DNA of 63,271 nt, the filler included. It is 8 parts of 8 records of this genome, joined end to end, with 100 filler letters (N's around TTAATTAATTAA, not from the genome) between each part and the next. Parts side by side here need not be neighbours in the genome. Positions count along the whole stretch, not along the records: positions 14,450 to 19,675 come from SRR31156797_39735; positions 19,776 to 26,742 come from SRR31156797_39744; positions 26,843 to 36,533 come from SRR31156797_39824; 5 more parts are not named here. The stretch is one strand, 5' to 3'. Shown here in pieces: positions 19,072 through 29,118 of the stretch. The notes beneath the pieces are model-generated. The model ran no database searches, had not been told where the DNA came from, and saw only the letters and a list, made by a program, of their open reading frames with translations. Each line of letters opens with the position of its first letter. Position 1 is the stretch's first letter. A program made the position numbers and the translations under genes.

Positions 19072-19675
19072 TTAAAGAATGGAATCCATCGTCAGTGCGG
19101 GATGTTCCTTTTCCTGCAGCCAGGGAAGGATTTCCTCTTCCGTGATTCCGACTGTCTCATCCGCGATACGGTCGATCAGGTCGGGGACTCCGAGTTCCTC
19201 TCCGCGCTTGATAATCCGTTCGCGCAATTCCTCTTTCAAGGATTTGGGCATCCAGACCATACGCAGGAGCCCGCCGTCGCCGGTCAGGAACTTTCTCTGG
19301 ATAATGTTGAATTTACTATGGCCGACAAAGCCCGAAGACTGTGCGCCGCCGCCCATAACACCGGCCAAGGTGGTGAACTTCATGCCGCACGGGGTTTCGC
19401 CCGTGTAATCGCGATGTACGGTCATAACGCCGTTGGCCGTGGGGACCAGGGCGGCGATACACTCGCAGCAACCGCAAGTGGTCATGGGATCGTTTACCAT
19501 GCTGTAAAAGGAGACGTTGGTTACAGCCTGGCGCGAAGCCTTGAAGATGAAATCATTGGCGCCTTTGAAAACGCCCATTACAGGATCCAGGACCTCGCCC
19601 TTTTCAATGGGCTGGTTGGGGCCGTTGGGATTGATTTCATAAGAAGCCTTGCAGTCCATCCAGTTGTAGGCGCCG
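19072..19675 (-). CDS. acsB: Acetyl-CoA synthase, C-terminal A-cluster domain (5' truncated)
   Basis: GAYNWMDCKA, PMTTCGCCECI, TPCGMKFTTLAG, RMVWMPK, HPAL. Confidence 0.96.
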
Positions 19676-19775
19676 NNNNNNNNNNNNNNNNNNNNNNNNN
19701 NNNNNNNNNNNNNNNNNNNTTAATTAATTAANNNNNNNNNNNNNNNNNNNNNNNNNNNNNNNNNNNNNNNNNNNN
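19676..19775. other. Artificial contig spacer
   Basis: N44-TTAATTAATTAA-N44. Confidence 0.99.
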
Positions 19776-19825
19776 GAAGTAATCGTTGATAATTTTGTGA
19801 TTTTTTGTTATCAAAACATTAAAAG

Positions 19826-20758
19826 ATGAATAATAAACAAAAGGCTCAATTGAATCAAGGGAAGGAATTAAATAAATTGAATAGCGATTACCCTGTATTG
19901 GCTGAAGATGCCAATTATATGGCGATTGTGACTCCAATGCTGACCTTGTATTCGGAAGTTTCTGATTTGGCTCCGCAACAAGAGGAGAGTTCGAAACAGG
20001 AAACGGAGCAAAAACAGATTTCAAAAGTTAGTCTTGAAGAGAATTGTTTAAGAATTTCTGACCTTATGGTTAGTTATGGATACCTGAAGGAGTTTGCTCC
20101 TTTTAAAACTATTGCGAATTGTTCTAAGAGCTGCCTGGCTGGCTTTTCTGCCATCGATTTAATTATTCATTCGCAGTACTTGCGAAATTTAATTGATGAA
20201 CATCAGCAAGAGAGTACTGATGCTGGTGTATCGCCAGAGTTGAAACAAAATTTGGTTGATAGTACTGCTGATTTTCAATTGAAGCAGAATGATCCGAAGG
20301 ATTTTATTTCTCAGCATAAGGCAATTACCAATCAAATTGATGTGAAATTGGAGAGATTTCAGGAATTGCTTGATTTTTCGTTGAATCGTTACATGAGGAG
20401 TAAGTATGAAAAGGCGAATCCGGAATTGTACAATGCCTATAGGGTAGCTGTTGATCTTGATTTATCGAAAGGCAAGGTGCACGCGCTAAAAGGTGTATTT
20501 ACAGATTCTGTTACGGGAGAGCCCGTAAAATCGGTTTTGATATCGATAGATGGAGGAAAGGCTGTAATGCATGCCAAACAAAGTGGAAAGTATTTTATAC
20601 CGAGTTTAAATTCGGGTGAACACGAGTTTACTTTTAGTCGCAAGCCTTATCAAACAGTTGTGCGAAATGTACTTACTTATCCGGATAAGTGTATTGAGAT
20701 GAATATAGAGTTTACACCCATTGAGATTGAGGAGGCTGTTTTAGATCCTGATGATTAA
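19826..20758 (+). CDS. Hypothetical protein: helical N-terminus plus carboxypeptidase-regulatory-like C-terminal domain
   Basis: 310-aa ORF; LKGVFTDSVTGEPVKSVLISI...GKYFIPSLNSGEHEFTFSRKPYQT. Confidence 0.75.
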   Translation: MNNKQKAQLNQGKELNKLNSDYPVLAEDANYMAIVTPMLTLYSEVSDLAPQQEESSKQETEQKQISKVSLEENCLRISDLMVSYGYLKEFAPFKTIANCSKSCLAGFSAIDLIIHSQYLRNLIDEHQQESTDAGVSPELKQNLVDSTADFQLKQNDPKDFISQHKAITNQIDVKLERFQELLDFSLNRYMRSKYEKANPELYNAYRVAVDLDLSKGKVHALKGVFTDSVTGEPVKSVLISIDGGKAVMHAKQSGKYFIPSLNSGEHEFTFSRKPYQTVVRNVLTYPDKCIEMNIEFTPIEIEEAVLDPDD

Positions 20759-20836
20759 TGAGGATGCTTTGTTGATATTTCGATATTAGCAGGCAGTTTT
20801 ACAGTATTTGCCCAAATGGAATTCAAATCGGTGATT

Positions 20837-20871
20837 AGGGGTCGTCAATATTTATTTGACGACCTTTTTTT
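20837..20871 (+). terminator. Intrinsic terminator
   Basis: GGTCGTCAA...TTGACGACC stem followed by T7. Confidence 0.8.
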
Positions 20872-21781
20872 AGTTTTAATGGGAAGAGCTTATTTATATC
20901 TTATAATATGTATTGTTTGGTTTACTCAATTTGTTAACTGTTAATGAATAGTTGATGATTTGGAGTATAGGTTAAAATAACTATTCTAGAGGCTTACCTG
21001 AGGGATGTAATTTTCTTGTTATGTAAGTTAAGTATAATAATAAGAAAACGGGATGATGAAAATGGATATATTTTACTATTACGACTCTATTGAAGCAAAA
21101 ACTCTATTGTGAGTAAAGCACCTTCAGTTTTGAAATCAAGATAATTAACGAATTGAATTGTGGAATAATAAAGTGTTAGAAGAAAAAAAGTAATTTCATA
21201 ATTATTCGTTGAAATGTATAGCCTAGTGTTTCATTATAAGAATTATGTGTGTGTCCGCAAAAAGAATTGTACAAGAAAAAAGAATTATTGGAAGATGTGA
21301 TTGTTGTGATGTAGAAGCTATTTGAAACTTCGTATGATTGCGATAGTTAGATTCATGGAATGTTACAAATATGATATTGAGGAATTATTTGAGATAATTG
21401 ATAAGAAAACCTTTTATCAACTTTATTGTGTATTTACTAAAGTGTATTCTTTGTTTCTTTAAATAACTTTAAGCTTTATGTAGAACGTTTATTAATAATA
21501 ATTATGCTTGTCTGGGTGTTGAATTATATATAACTTAATAAAATATTTCATAATGCTTAAAACATCTTAATCTGTCTAGTTTTTTCTCTGCAAATGTATC
21601 TACTCAAAAAAGCAGTGATACATCTAATATTTCGGTAATAGGAAAAATATTTTACTCATTTTATCGAAGTTTTTTGGTTTTGCAGCTGTACTAATTGTAT
21701 GAATTTTTATGCTTTGATATCGAGCTTAAAGGCGGAAACCGAAAAGCCTTAAATAGAGTAGGTATTTAAAATTTCATTATT

Positions 21782-21982
21782 ATGAAAAAGAAAAATTTAA
21801 ACAAAAAATTGGTTTTAAAAAAAGAAACAATCTCTAATTTAAACATGAGAAATGTAAAAGGTGGTGGTGTTACTATTCTTACTACATGTAATACTGTTAC
21901 TATTACAGCTGATTGCCTCACAGATGAGTGTTCACAACCGTGTATTATAGAGCAGCGCCCAACATTATCGGATTGTGTATAG
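21782..21982 (+). CDS. lanA: Class I lanthipeptide precursor peptide
   Basis: Leader with LxLxKx5L motif (LVLKKETISNL) and a GG site; 38-aa core with 5 Cys, 8 Thr, 2 Ser; directly upstream of lanC/lanB. Confidence 0.93.
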   Translation: MKKKNLNKKLVLKKETISNLNMRNVKGGGVTILTTCNTVTITADCLTDECSQPCIIEQRPTLSDCV

Positions 21983-22015
21983 CGTACATTTTTAGAATTT
22001 TTTTAAATATCAAAC

Positions 22016-22102
22016 TTAAGAGGTTGTCTCATAAGATTTTGATAACTCTCTCCTGTGCTCGCAGGATTTTAATTATCCGACTCTTGAGATAGCCTCTCTT
22101 AA
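22016..22102 (+). promoter_or_regulatory. Long stem-loop between lanA and lanC
   Basis: AGAGGTTGTCTCA pairs with TGAGATAGCCTCT; inner GATAA/TTATC and TCCTG/CAGGA arms. Confidence 0.6.
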
Positions 22103-22113
22103 ATTAAATCGTT

Positions 22114-23328
22114 ATGGATTGGGGAAAATTACAAAAAATAAATAGAACAGAAATTGAATCAAAACTTTCCCAGATCGAAGAAATATTAATATCGCAAAAA
22201 GAAGCATATGAGAGTGGGCAAGGGCTTATGGGGGGTAAGTTGGGAGTTGTCTTGCTTTTTTTATATTATGCTAAGTTAACAAATAAGCAAGAACCATATG
22301 ATTTTGGATTAGAATTAATATCTAATGTATTTGATGATATAAATAGTGGATTTAATTTTCATACACATGCAGGTGGTTTGGCAGGTATCGGTACAACATT
22401 AACTATACTTACTGAAGCAGATTTGTTAGATGCAGATTTAAATGAGATTCTAACTGGGCTAGATGAATATTTGTATACTTTAATGATATCTGAAATTCGG
22501 AATGGTAATTATGATTTTTTACATGGAGCAGTTGGTTTAGGGTTTTACTTCTTAAAAAGAAATACAAAAGATTCAAAAATATATCTGGCTGAGTTCATAA
22601 AAGAATTGAATAAAATTGCGACAAAAGACGAAGAAGGAATTAGATGGTTATCAGTTTTAGATCATAAGAAACAAACTAAAGGTTTTAATATTAGTTTATC
22701 GCACGGCTTGGCAAGTATCATTGTTTTTTTAAGTAAGCTTTATTCTGAAGGAGTTGCAAAAGAAAAGGTTTCAGAGTTGTTAAATGGTTCAGTAGAGTAT
22801 TTATTAAATCAACAGCAGGATGTTTCAAAATACAAGTCAAATTTTCCTTCATTAGTGAGCAAAGAGGAACCTTCAACTTATAGCAGATTAGCCTGGTGTT
22901 ATGGTGATTTGGGAATTGGAACAGCATTGTATGTAGCAGGATTAAATGCTAATAATGAAGACTGGAAAGAAAAAGGTATAGAAGTTGTTTTACATTCTAT
23001 AAAAAGAAGAGATGGAAAAGTCACCGGAGTGGTTGATGCCGGAATTTGTCATGGTACTGCCGGAATTGCCCACATGTACAACAGAATGTACTACTATACA
23101 GGCAGATATGAGTTTAGTGAAGCTGCAACTTATTGGTTTGAACAAACATTACAAATGGCAAAATTTGATGATGGCTTGGCAGGATATAAAGTCTGGAAAA
23201 CACCAGAACGTGGAGGTTTTCAAAATGAATATGGATTTTTAGAGGGAATTGCAGGGATTGGCTTAGCATTTATAAGTGCTATTTCAAATATTGAACCCAA
23301 ATGGGACGAGTGTCTTTTTTTGTCTTAA
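22114..23328 (+). CDS. lanC: Lanthionine cyclase LanC
   Basis: YDFLHGAVG, SLSHGLAS (catalytic His), LAWCYGDLG and GICHGTAG (Zn ligands), GFLEGIAGIGL, WDECL. Confidence 0.95.
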   Translation: MDWGKLQKINRTEIESKLSQIEEILISQKEAYESGQGLMGGKLGVVLLFLYYAKLTNKQEPYDFGLELISNVFDDINSGFNFHTHAGGLAGIGTTLTILTEADLLDADLNEILTGLDEYLYTLMISEIRNGNYDFLHGAVGLGFYFLKRNTKDSKIYLAEFIKELNKIATKDEEGIRWLSVLDHKKQTKGFNISLSHGLASIIVFLSKLYSEGVAKEKVSELLNGSVEYLLNQQQDVSKYKSNFPSLVSKEEPSTYSRLAWCYGDLGIGTALYVAGLNANNEDWKEKGIEVVLHSIKRRDGKVTGVVDAGICHGTAGIAHMYNRMYYYTGRYEFSEAATYWFEQTLQMAKFDDGLAGYKVWKTPERGGFQNEYGFLEGIAGIGLAFISAISNIEPKWDECLFLS

Positions 23329-23368
23329 TTGTAGTACACAATTTGTATTTCAATATTAAAGAATAAAT

Positions 23369-25606
23369 ATGAAAAAAAATAATTATAAGAGTTTTGATAA
23401 TTTTGTTCTTAGAGTGCCATTGCTGCCATTAAATTATATACAATCAATTTATACAAAAAAAAACACTGCTGATGAAGATCTAAAGAAGATCTGCGAAAAT
23501 TCAAAAATTCAAGAAGCTGTTTTCCTTGCATCTCCAATATTACATAGTGAATTGTTAAAATGGTTAAACAATGAACTTACAAATGCAAAAAAAATTGAAC
23601 GATTAAAAGAATCGCTTACTAAGTATTTATCACGAATGGGAAGTCGATGCACGCCATTTGGTTTATTTGCCGGTTATGGTTTGGGAAAAATTGGTGATAA
23701 AAACCAAATTGAGCTAGACGATGACCAAAAGTATTATGCACATCTAAGGTTAGATATGAACTATCTTTGTGCATTAGCTATAGATTTATCTAAAATTAAA
23801 GAGATCAAAGAGCAAATCAATTTTTTTCCTAATTCAAGTATATATAAATCAGGCGATAAATTGAGATATGTTGAATATCGTTACGATAATAGTAGAAGGA
23901 ATCATTTTGTAGTAGGTGTTGAAGACTCGGAATATTTACAACAAGTTATAAATACTTCAAAAGAAGGTGCTCAAATTTCGGATTTAGCTGATCTCTTGGT
24001 TGATAAAGAGATTTCGTTTGATGAAGCTAAATTATTCATAGAAGAACTTATTGATAGCCAATTGCTAATTAGTGAATTGGAACCATCGGTTACAGGAGCA
24101 GAGTTTCTTAATCAAATTATTGAAATTTTAAAACCTCTCAAAAATATTGATCACATTATTGATTTACTTCTAGAGTTTGAGAATGACATTGTTAATATTC
24201 GAAATAATGCAATTGGAATTTCAGCAGATAACTATAAAAAAATAATAGAGAAACTGTCAAAGCTTAAAACGAAATACGATATAAAATATTTATTCCAAAC
24301 TGATTTAGTAATTTCTGCTAAGGAATTAAAATTAAATTCTGATATTTCAAACGATGTATTAAAAGGCATTGAATTAATGAACAAATTAACGCCTAAGAGA
24401 ACTAACGAAAATTTATTAAAGTTCAAAGAAGCGTTTTATGAGAGATACGAAGAGAGAGAAGTGCCTTTGTTACAGGCGCTAGATGTTGAGTCAGGTGTTG
24501 GTTATGTTCAAGACATTGGCAGTGGAGATCTGAATCCATTAGTTGATGATATTGCATTACCTGTAGGTAAACTACAAAATGATTATAATATAAAATGGAA
24601 CAAAATACAGTCTCTTTTACTCAAAAAATATAATGAAACTTTATCGACAGGATTAAGTGAAATAGAAATTATCGACGAAGATGTTAAAGATTTTAATGCT
24701 AATTGGGATGATTTACCCTCTACCTTCAACGCAATGGTGGAAATTATTTCATCATCAAGGATTGAAAAGAAACCAATAATAAAATTTAATTCTGCTGGAG
24801 GGTCTTCTGCTGCTAATTTATTGGGTAGATTTTGTCATAGCAGCTCCGATTTATATAGCTACGTAAATAGAATTACAGCAACTGAAAAGGATATATTTCA
24901 AAATTCTGTTTTAGCTGAGATTGTTCATTTACCAGAATCAAGAACAGGAAACATCCTGCTAAGACCTCAATTAAGAGATTTTGAAATACCTTATTTGGCT
25001 AAGTCTTCGGTTTCAGAAGATAATCAGATTTCCATTAAAGATATAGTAGTATCAGTTAAAAATGGTAAGAAAGTAGTTTTGCGTTCAAAATCTTTAAATA
25101 AAGAAATTATTCCAAGATTAAGTAATGCTCATAATTTTTCTAATAATGCATTACCAGTATATCAGTTTTTATGTGATTTGCAAACTGAAGATGTAAGAGC
25201 TGGAGTTGGTTTTAATTGGGGAGCATTATCTAATGAATATGGTTATTTACCAAGAGTGAGATATAAAAATATTATATTATCTGAAGCTACTTGGAATATT
25301 AAAAAAGAAGAGATTAAGAAGATAATTGAAGCTAAAGATGATGCAAATATTGAAAAAGAAACTAAATTATGGAAAACGAGACTTAGTTTACCTGACTATG
25401 TATTATTAGCTGATGGAGACAATGAGCTATTGTTTCACTTAAATAATATGTTGTGTATAAAAACATTATTGTCATTAGTAAAAAAGCGAGCCAAGTTTCA
25501 GTTAAAAGAATTTTTGTTTAATTCAGAGGATGCAATGGTAAAAAGGAGGAAAGATAGTTTTACCAATCAAGTTGTGTTTTCTTTTTTCAAATCAATAAAA
25601 AACTAG
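23369..25606 (+). CDS. lanB: Lanthipeptide dehydratase, glutamylation domain (split LanB, part 1)
   Basis: FVLRVPLLP, EAVFLASP, SRCTPFGLFAG, LLGRF, RTGNIL, PRLSNAHN, YLPRVRY, DGDNEL; 745 aa, no elimination domain. Confidence 0.94.
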   Translation: MKKNNYKSFDNFVLRVPLLPLNYIQSIYTKKNTADEDLKKICENSKIQEAVFLASPILHSELLKWLNNELTNAKKIERLKESLTKYLSRMGSRCTPFGLFAGYGLGKIGDKNQIELDDDQKYYAHLRLDMNYLCALAIDLSKIKEIKEQINFFPNSSIYKSGDKLRYVEYRYDNSRRNHFVVGVEDSEYLQQVINTSKEGAQISDLADLLVDKEISFDEAKLFIEELIDSQLLISELEPSVTGAEFLNQIIEILKPLKNIDHIIDLLLEFENDIVNIRNNAIGISADNYKKIIEKLSKLKTKYDIKYLFQTDLVISAKELKLNSDISNDVLKGIELMNKLTPKRTNENLLKFKEAFYERYEEREVPLLQALDVESGVGYVQDIGSGDLNPLVDDIALPVGKLQNDYNIKWNKIQSLLLKKYNETLSTGLSEIEIIDEDVKDFNANWDDLPSTFNAMVEIISSSRIEKKPIIKFNSAGGSSAANLLGRFCHSSSDLYSYVNRITATEKDIFQNSVLAEIVHLPESRTGNILLRPQLRDFEIPYLAKSSVSEDNQISIKDIVVSVKNGKKVVLRSKSLNKEIIPRLSNAHNFSNNALPVYQFLCDLQTEDVRAGVGFNWGALSNEYGYLPRVRYKNIILSEATWNIKKEEIKKIIEAKDDANIEKETKLWKTRLSLPDYVLLADGDNELLFHLNNMLCIKTLLSLVKKRAKFQLKEFLFNSEDAMVKRRKDSFTNQVVFSFFKSIKN

Positions 25607-25615
25607 CAATTATAC

Positions 25616-26545
25616 ATGTACAATACAAAAGAGGTGCAAAAAATATCAAAACGTACTTTTGTAATAGGCGATGAGTGGCTTTATTATAAATTATATTCTG
25701 GACCAAAAACTTCTGATGAGGTACTAATTAATGCAATAAAACCATTGGTTGATGAGCTAATTGAGCATAAAATAATTGATAAATGGTTTTTTATACGATA
25801 TGCAGATCCTAAAGAGCACCTTAGGTTAAGGTTTCATTGCTGTAATCAGAAAAGTATTTTAACTATAATCAATTGTGTTAATACTTCATTAAAAACCTAT
25901 GTTGATGATGATTTAATATGGAAAATACAAATAGATACATATCAGAGAGAGGTAGAACGATATGGAGAAAATACAATTGAATTGTCAGAAGATCTATTCT
26001 TTCACGATAGTAAACTAATCGTTGATATGATTGATTTAATTGAAGGTGACGAGGGAGAAACGATTCGCTGGTTATTTGCCATGCGTGCAATTGATAGTTT
26101 ATTAGATGATTTCAAGTTTGATGACCAGCAAAAATTAATATTGTTGGAGAATCTTAAAGATGGATTTGCTAGAGAATATGGTATGAATAGGGTTTTAAAA
26201 TCACAACTTGACAAGAAATTTAGAACGGAACGACAATCTATAAATGATGTAATGAACAAAGAATTTGATTCTCAAAGCAAGATTAAACCATTGTTTGAGT
26301 TATTAAAACAAAAATCAACAAGAATAAGGTATATCTCTAATGAGATACTAAATATAGAAAAAAGAAATAAGCTCTTTCGTCCACTTAATGATTTATTGGG
26401 AAGTTACATTCACATGTTAATGAATAGGTTGTTTAAATCAAAACAACGTTTACACGAAATGGTGATTTATGATTTCTTATACAGATATTATAAATCGGAA
26501 ATTGCAAAAAAAATGAATAAACTTAAATTGGAAAAAGTTAATTGA
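25616..26545 (+). CDS. Lanthipeptide dehydratase, elimination domain (split LanB, part 2)
   Basis: EWLYYKLY, WFFIRYADP..HLRLRF, TYQREVERYG, FFHDS, SYIHMLMNRL. Confidence 0.94.
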   Translation: MYNTKEVQKISKRTFVIGDEWLYYKLYSGPKTSDEVLINAIKPLVDELIEHKIIDKWFFIRYADPKEHLRLRFHCCNQKSILTIINCVNTSLKTYVDDDLIWKIQIDTYQREVERYGENTIELSEDLFFHDSKLIVDMIDLIEGDEGETIRWLFAMRAIDSLLDDFKFDDQQKLILLENLKDGFAREYGMNRVLKSQLDKKFRTERQSINDVMNKEFDSQSKIKPLFELLKQKSTRIRYISNEILNIEKRNKLFRPLNDLLGSYIHMLMNRLFKSKQRLHEMVIYDFLYRYYKSEIAKKMNKLKLEKVN

Positions 26546-26742
26546 TATAACTTAACTACTAGCATATCATAATAATGGTAGCTTATGATAAAGGTGGAAA
26601 AGATAGGATAAAAAACAGGGAGTTGGAAAAGCTTCGACAAATAGGTATGTTACTTAGGATTAGATTGATAAAGTGATTGAAGTTTTAAAGAGTAAATAAA
26701 AATAATGCCTAAAAAAGTAACCGTTGCGCATCCACATAAAAT

Positions 26743-26842
26743 NNNNNNNNNNNNNNNNNNNNNNNNNNNNNNNNNNNNNNNNNNNNTTAATTAATTAANN
26801 NNNNNNNNNNNNNNNNNNNNNNNNNNNNNNNNNNNNNNNNNN
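26743..26842. other. Artificial contig spacer
   Basis: N44-TTAATTAATTAA-N44. Confidence 0.99.
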
Positions 26843-26890
26843 GATAACCTTTATTCTGCAAAAATTGTTCCGATATAATTTCTTGTTCGC

Positions 26891-28039
26891 CTACAATGAT
26901 TTTTCCAGTATCCAATAAAGTTGTTCATCACTTAACACCACCGGATTCCCTTTCATACTACTCGCGTTTTTAGCTTTTTTCACCAATTCCGGAGAATCTT
27001 TTTCTGTTAATCCAAACTCCGACAAGGAAGGTATCTTAAGTTCATAAACAAGGTTCGAAACCCACATTACAACATCCTCTGCTTTTGCAATGATACTGCC
27101 GGTTAATATCTGTGCCAGTTCATCAAACTTCGCAACATTTTTGTTTTGTTGCCTGATGGCTTCAACATTTGCCTCAATAACTGCAGCCATTAATCCGGCA
27201 CACACAGCTCCATGCGGAATTGGAAACATCCCCCCCATCGGTCCGGCAAAACCATGAATCGCACCCAGTTTTACATTCGCCAATGCCATTCCACCCAACA
27301 TACTTGCCATGGCCATATCTTCCCGTGCCTCTGCATCATTTCCATTTTTATAAGCTTTTAACAACGAACGGGAAACACGATTAAGCCCCTCACGGCATAG
27401 CATATCGATAAAAGGATTAGCCTGATTGGAAACAAATGTTTCGAGCAAATGAGTTAATGCATCAACACCTGTGCTCGCCGTTAAGGCAGGAGGCATTGAG
27501 TAAGTTAAAGCCGGGTCTACAACAGCTACATCGGGATACATCAGATTACTGCGCAAACTAACTTTTACATTGTGTTGCACCGATTTTATAACTGAATTTT
27601 TGGTTATTTCTGCCCCTGTTCCTGCAGTAGTTGGAATGGCAATACATGACAGAGGTGCAGCGAGTAAAGGTTTTCCAAGTCCGATTACTTCAAGATAATC
27701 CATCAATCCTCCCGGATTTGGCACCAAAGCAGCAATAGCCTTGGCACTATCGATAACACTACCTCCTCCAAAACCAATTACCACATCACAATTCATTTTT
27801 CGCGCTAACTCAACACCTTTGTTTATATCTTCACTGATTGGTTCCTTCCCGATATTCAAAATAGAAACCTCTATGCCCAAAGAAAAAGCTTTAATTAAAT
27901 CTCTGGCCCTATCAGAATTTTTCCCGGTTACCAGCAAGATTTTCTTCCCCATTCCGGAAACTAATGCCGGAACTTTTTCAATTGAATGGTTGCCAAAAAC
28001 AATTTGACTGGCCGTAGCAAAACTAAAATTCAGTCCCAT
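26891..28039 (-). CDS. Iron-containing alcohol dehydrogenase
   Basis: [37 protein letters not shown]. Confidence 0.93.
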   Translation of the reverse strand: MGLNFSFATASQIVFGNHSIEKVPALVSGMGKKILLVTGKNSDRARDLIKAFSLGIEVSILNIGKEPISEDINKGVELARKMNCDVVIGFGGGSVIDSAKAIAALVPNPGGLMDYLEVIGLGKPLLAAPLSCIAIPTTAGTGAEITKNSVIKSVQHNVKVSLRSNLMYPDVAVVDPALTYSMPPALTASTGVDALTHLLETFVSNQANPFIDMLCREGLNRVSRSLLKAYKNGNDAEAREDMAMASMLGGMALANVKLGAIHGFAGPMGGMFPIPHGAVCAGLMAAVIEANVEAIRQQNKNVAKFDELAQILTGSIIAKAEDVVMWVSNLVYELKIPSLSEFGLTEKDSPELVKKAKNASSMKGNPVVLSDEQLYWILEKSL

Positions 28040-28338
28040 CCCTGCTCGTTTGGGTGAACATTAAAAAACTTAAGCGCCGATCGTGGTTCAGCCATCATAT
28101 CTGCCACCGTATCGCGCCATTTTTGGTAATGAGCGGTTTCCTTATGTTTGCCCGGATCATCGGCTGTACGATACACTTCAACCAAAACAAAACGTGTTGG
28201 ATCATCTTGTTGTTGTACAAAATCAAAACGTGCTATGCCCGGCTCATTAATACTGTTTTTAGCATTCTCGATAGTAGCTTCTTTAAAAGCCTTAATGCAT
28301 TCTTCTTTTACATGAACAAAAACGTGAACAATGAACAT
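28030..28338 (-). CDS. ABM/LsrG-like small cofactor-free monooxygenase/isomerase
   Basis: [32 protein letters not shown]. Confidence 0.88.
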   Translation of the reverse strand: MFIVHVFVHVKEECIKAFKEATIENAKNSINEPGIARFDFVQQQDDPTRFVLVEVYRTADDPGKHKETAHYQKWRDTVADMMAEPRSALKFFNVHPNEQGWD

Positions 28339-28460
28339 GGTGTATAATTTAACTGGAATTCATCAGTATAAACTGCGAAAACCGAAATCGCAAATTCAGC
28401 CTGAATTAATTTCCTTGATTTACTATCTTACAAATTTGAAAAAATATTTCCTTTCCATTC

Positions 28461-28486
28461 CAACCTTTTAAGAATATCTTCGTCAT
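28461..28486 (+). promoter_or_regulatory. Putative ECF-sigma autoregulated promoter
   Basis: CAACC-N15-CGTCAT (AAC...CGT pattern typical of ECF promoters) about 50 nt upstream of the sigma gene. Confidence 0.55.
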
Positions 28487-28536
28487 ACAGGTGAGAAAGC
28501 AATTTTAGAACCAAAAATTTAAAGCTTTTACAGAGT

Positions 28537-29118
28537 CTGGAAATACATTACAAACATAACGAAACAAAACTGGTTAGGCTTTGCCAAAAAGGAGATGCGA
28601 AGGCACAATACAAATTATACAAACTTTACAGCAAAGGAATGTACAATGTGGCCATACGTATGACCAACGACCAGGGACTTGCAGAGGATGTACTTCAGGA
28701 TTCTTTTATTAAAGCCTTTTCTGAAATAAAAAGGTTACAAAACGAAAAAGCTTTTGGAGGTTGGTTAAAAAGGATTGTTATTAATCGTTGCATTGATGTG
28801 GTTAGAAAAGAAAAAATGCTGTACACCGATATGGAAAGTATTACACTGGAACATACCCAGATTGCAGAAGAAATTGATAGCAAAGTGGATCCTGAAATTG
28901 TACATCAATTGATAAAAAAACTTCCTGATGGAGCAAGGGAAATACTTGTACTAAGAGCTTTGGAAGGTTATAAGCATGCCCAAATTGGTGAAAAACTGGG
29001 CATTTCAGAATCAACAGCAAAAACCCAGTTTTTCAGGGCAAAACAGTTACTGGCAAATTTGATTAAAGATGAAACAGGAAATAGAAAAATATCTGAAAGA
29101 AAACCGGTTGAGGCTTGA
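28537..29118 (+). CDS. ECF RNA polymerase sigma factor (probable CTG start)
   Basis: In-frame LVRLCQKGDAKAQYKLYKLY precedes the first ATG (28639); AEDVLQDSF, FGGWLKRI, LPDGAR, YKHAQIGEKLGISESTAK. Confidence 0.9.
   Translation: MEIHYKHNETKLVRLCQKGDAKAQYKLYKLYSKGMYNVAIRMTNDQGLAEDVLQDSFIKAFSEIKRLQNEKAFGGWLKRIVINRCIDVVRKEKMLYTDMESITLEHTQIAEEIDSKVDPEIVHQLIKKLPDGAREILVLRALEGYKHAQIGEKLGISESTAKTQFFRAKQLLANLIKDETGNRKISERKPVEA

Noticed and set aside
16709-19675. Missing acsD/acsA in the Wood-Ljungdahl cluster
   Set aside because: The contig is cut inside acsB; these genes could lie upstream
26705-26742. Possible gene start MPKKVTVAHPHK after the lanthipeptide cluster
   Set aside because: Only 12 codons before the contig end; cannot be assigned
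11697-28338. LsrB-like SBP plus LsrG-like protein as an AI-2 system
   Set aside because: Different contigs and apparently different phyla; both families are broad
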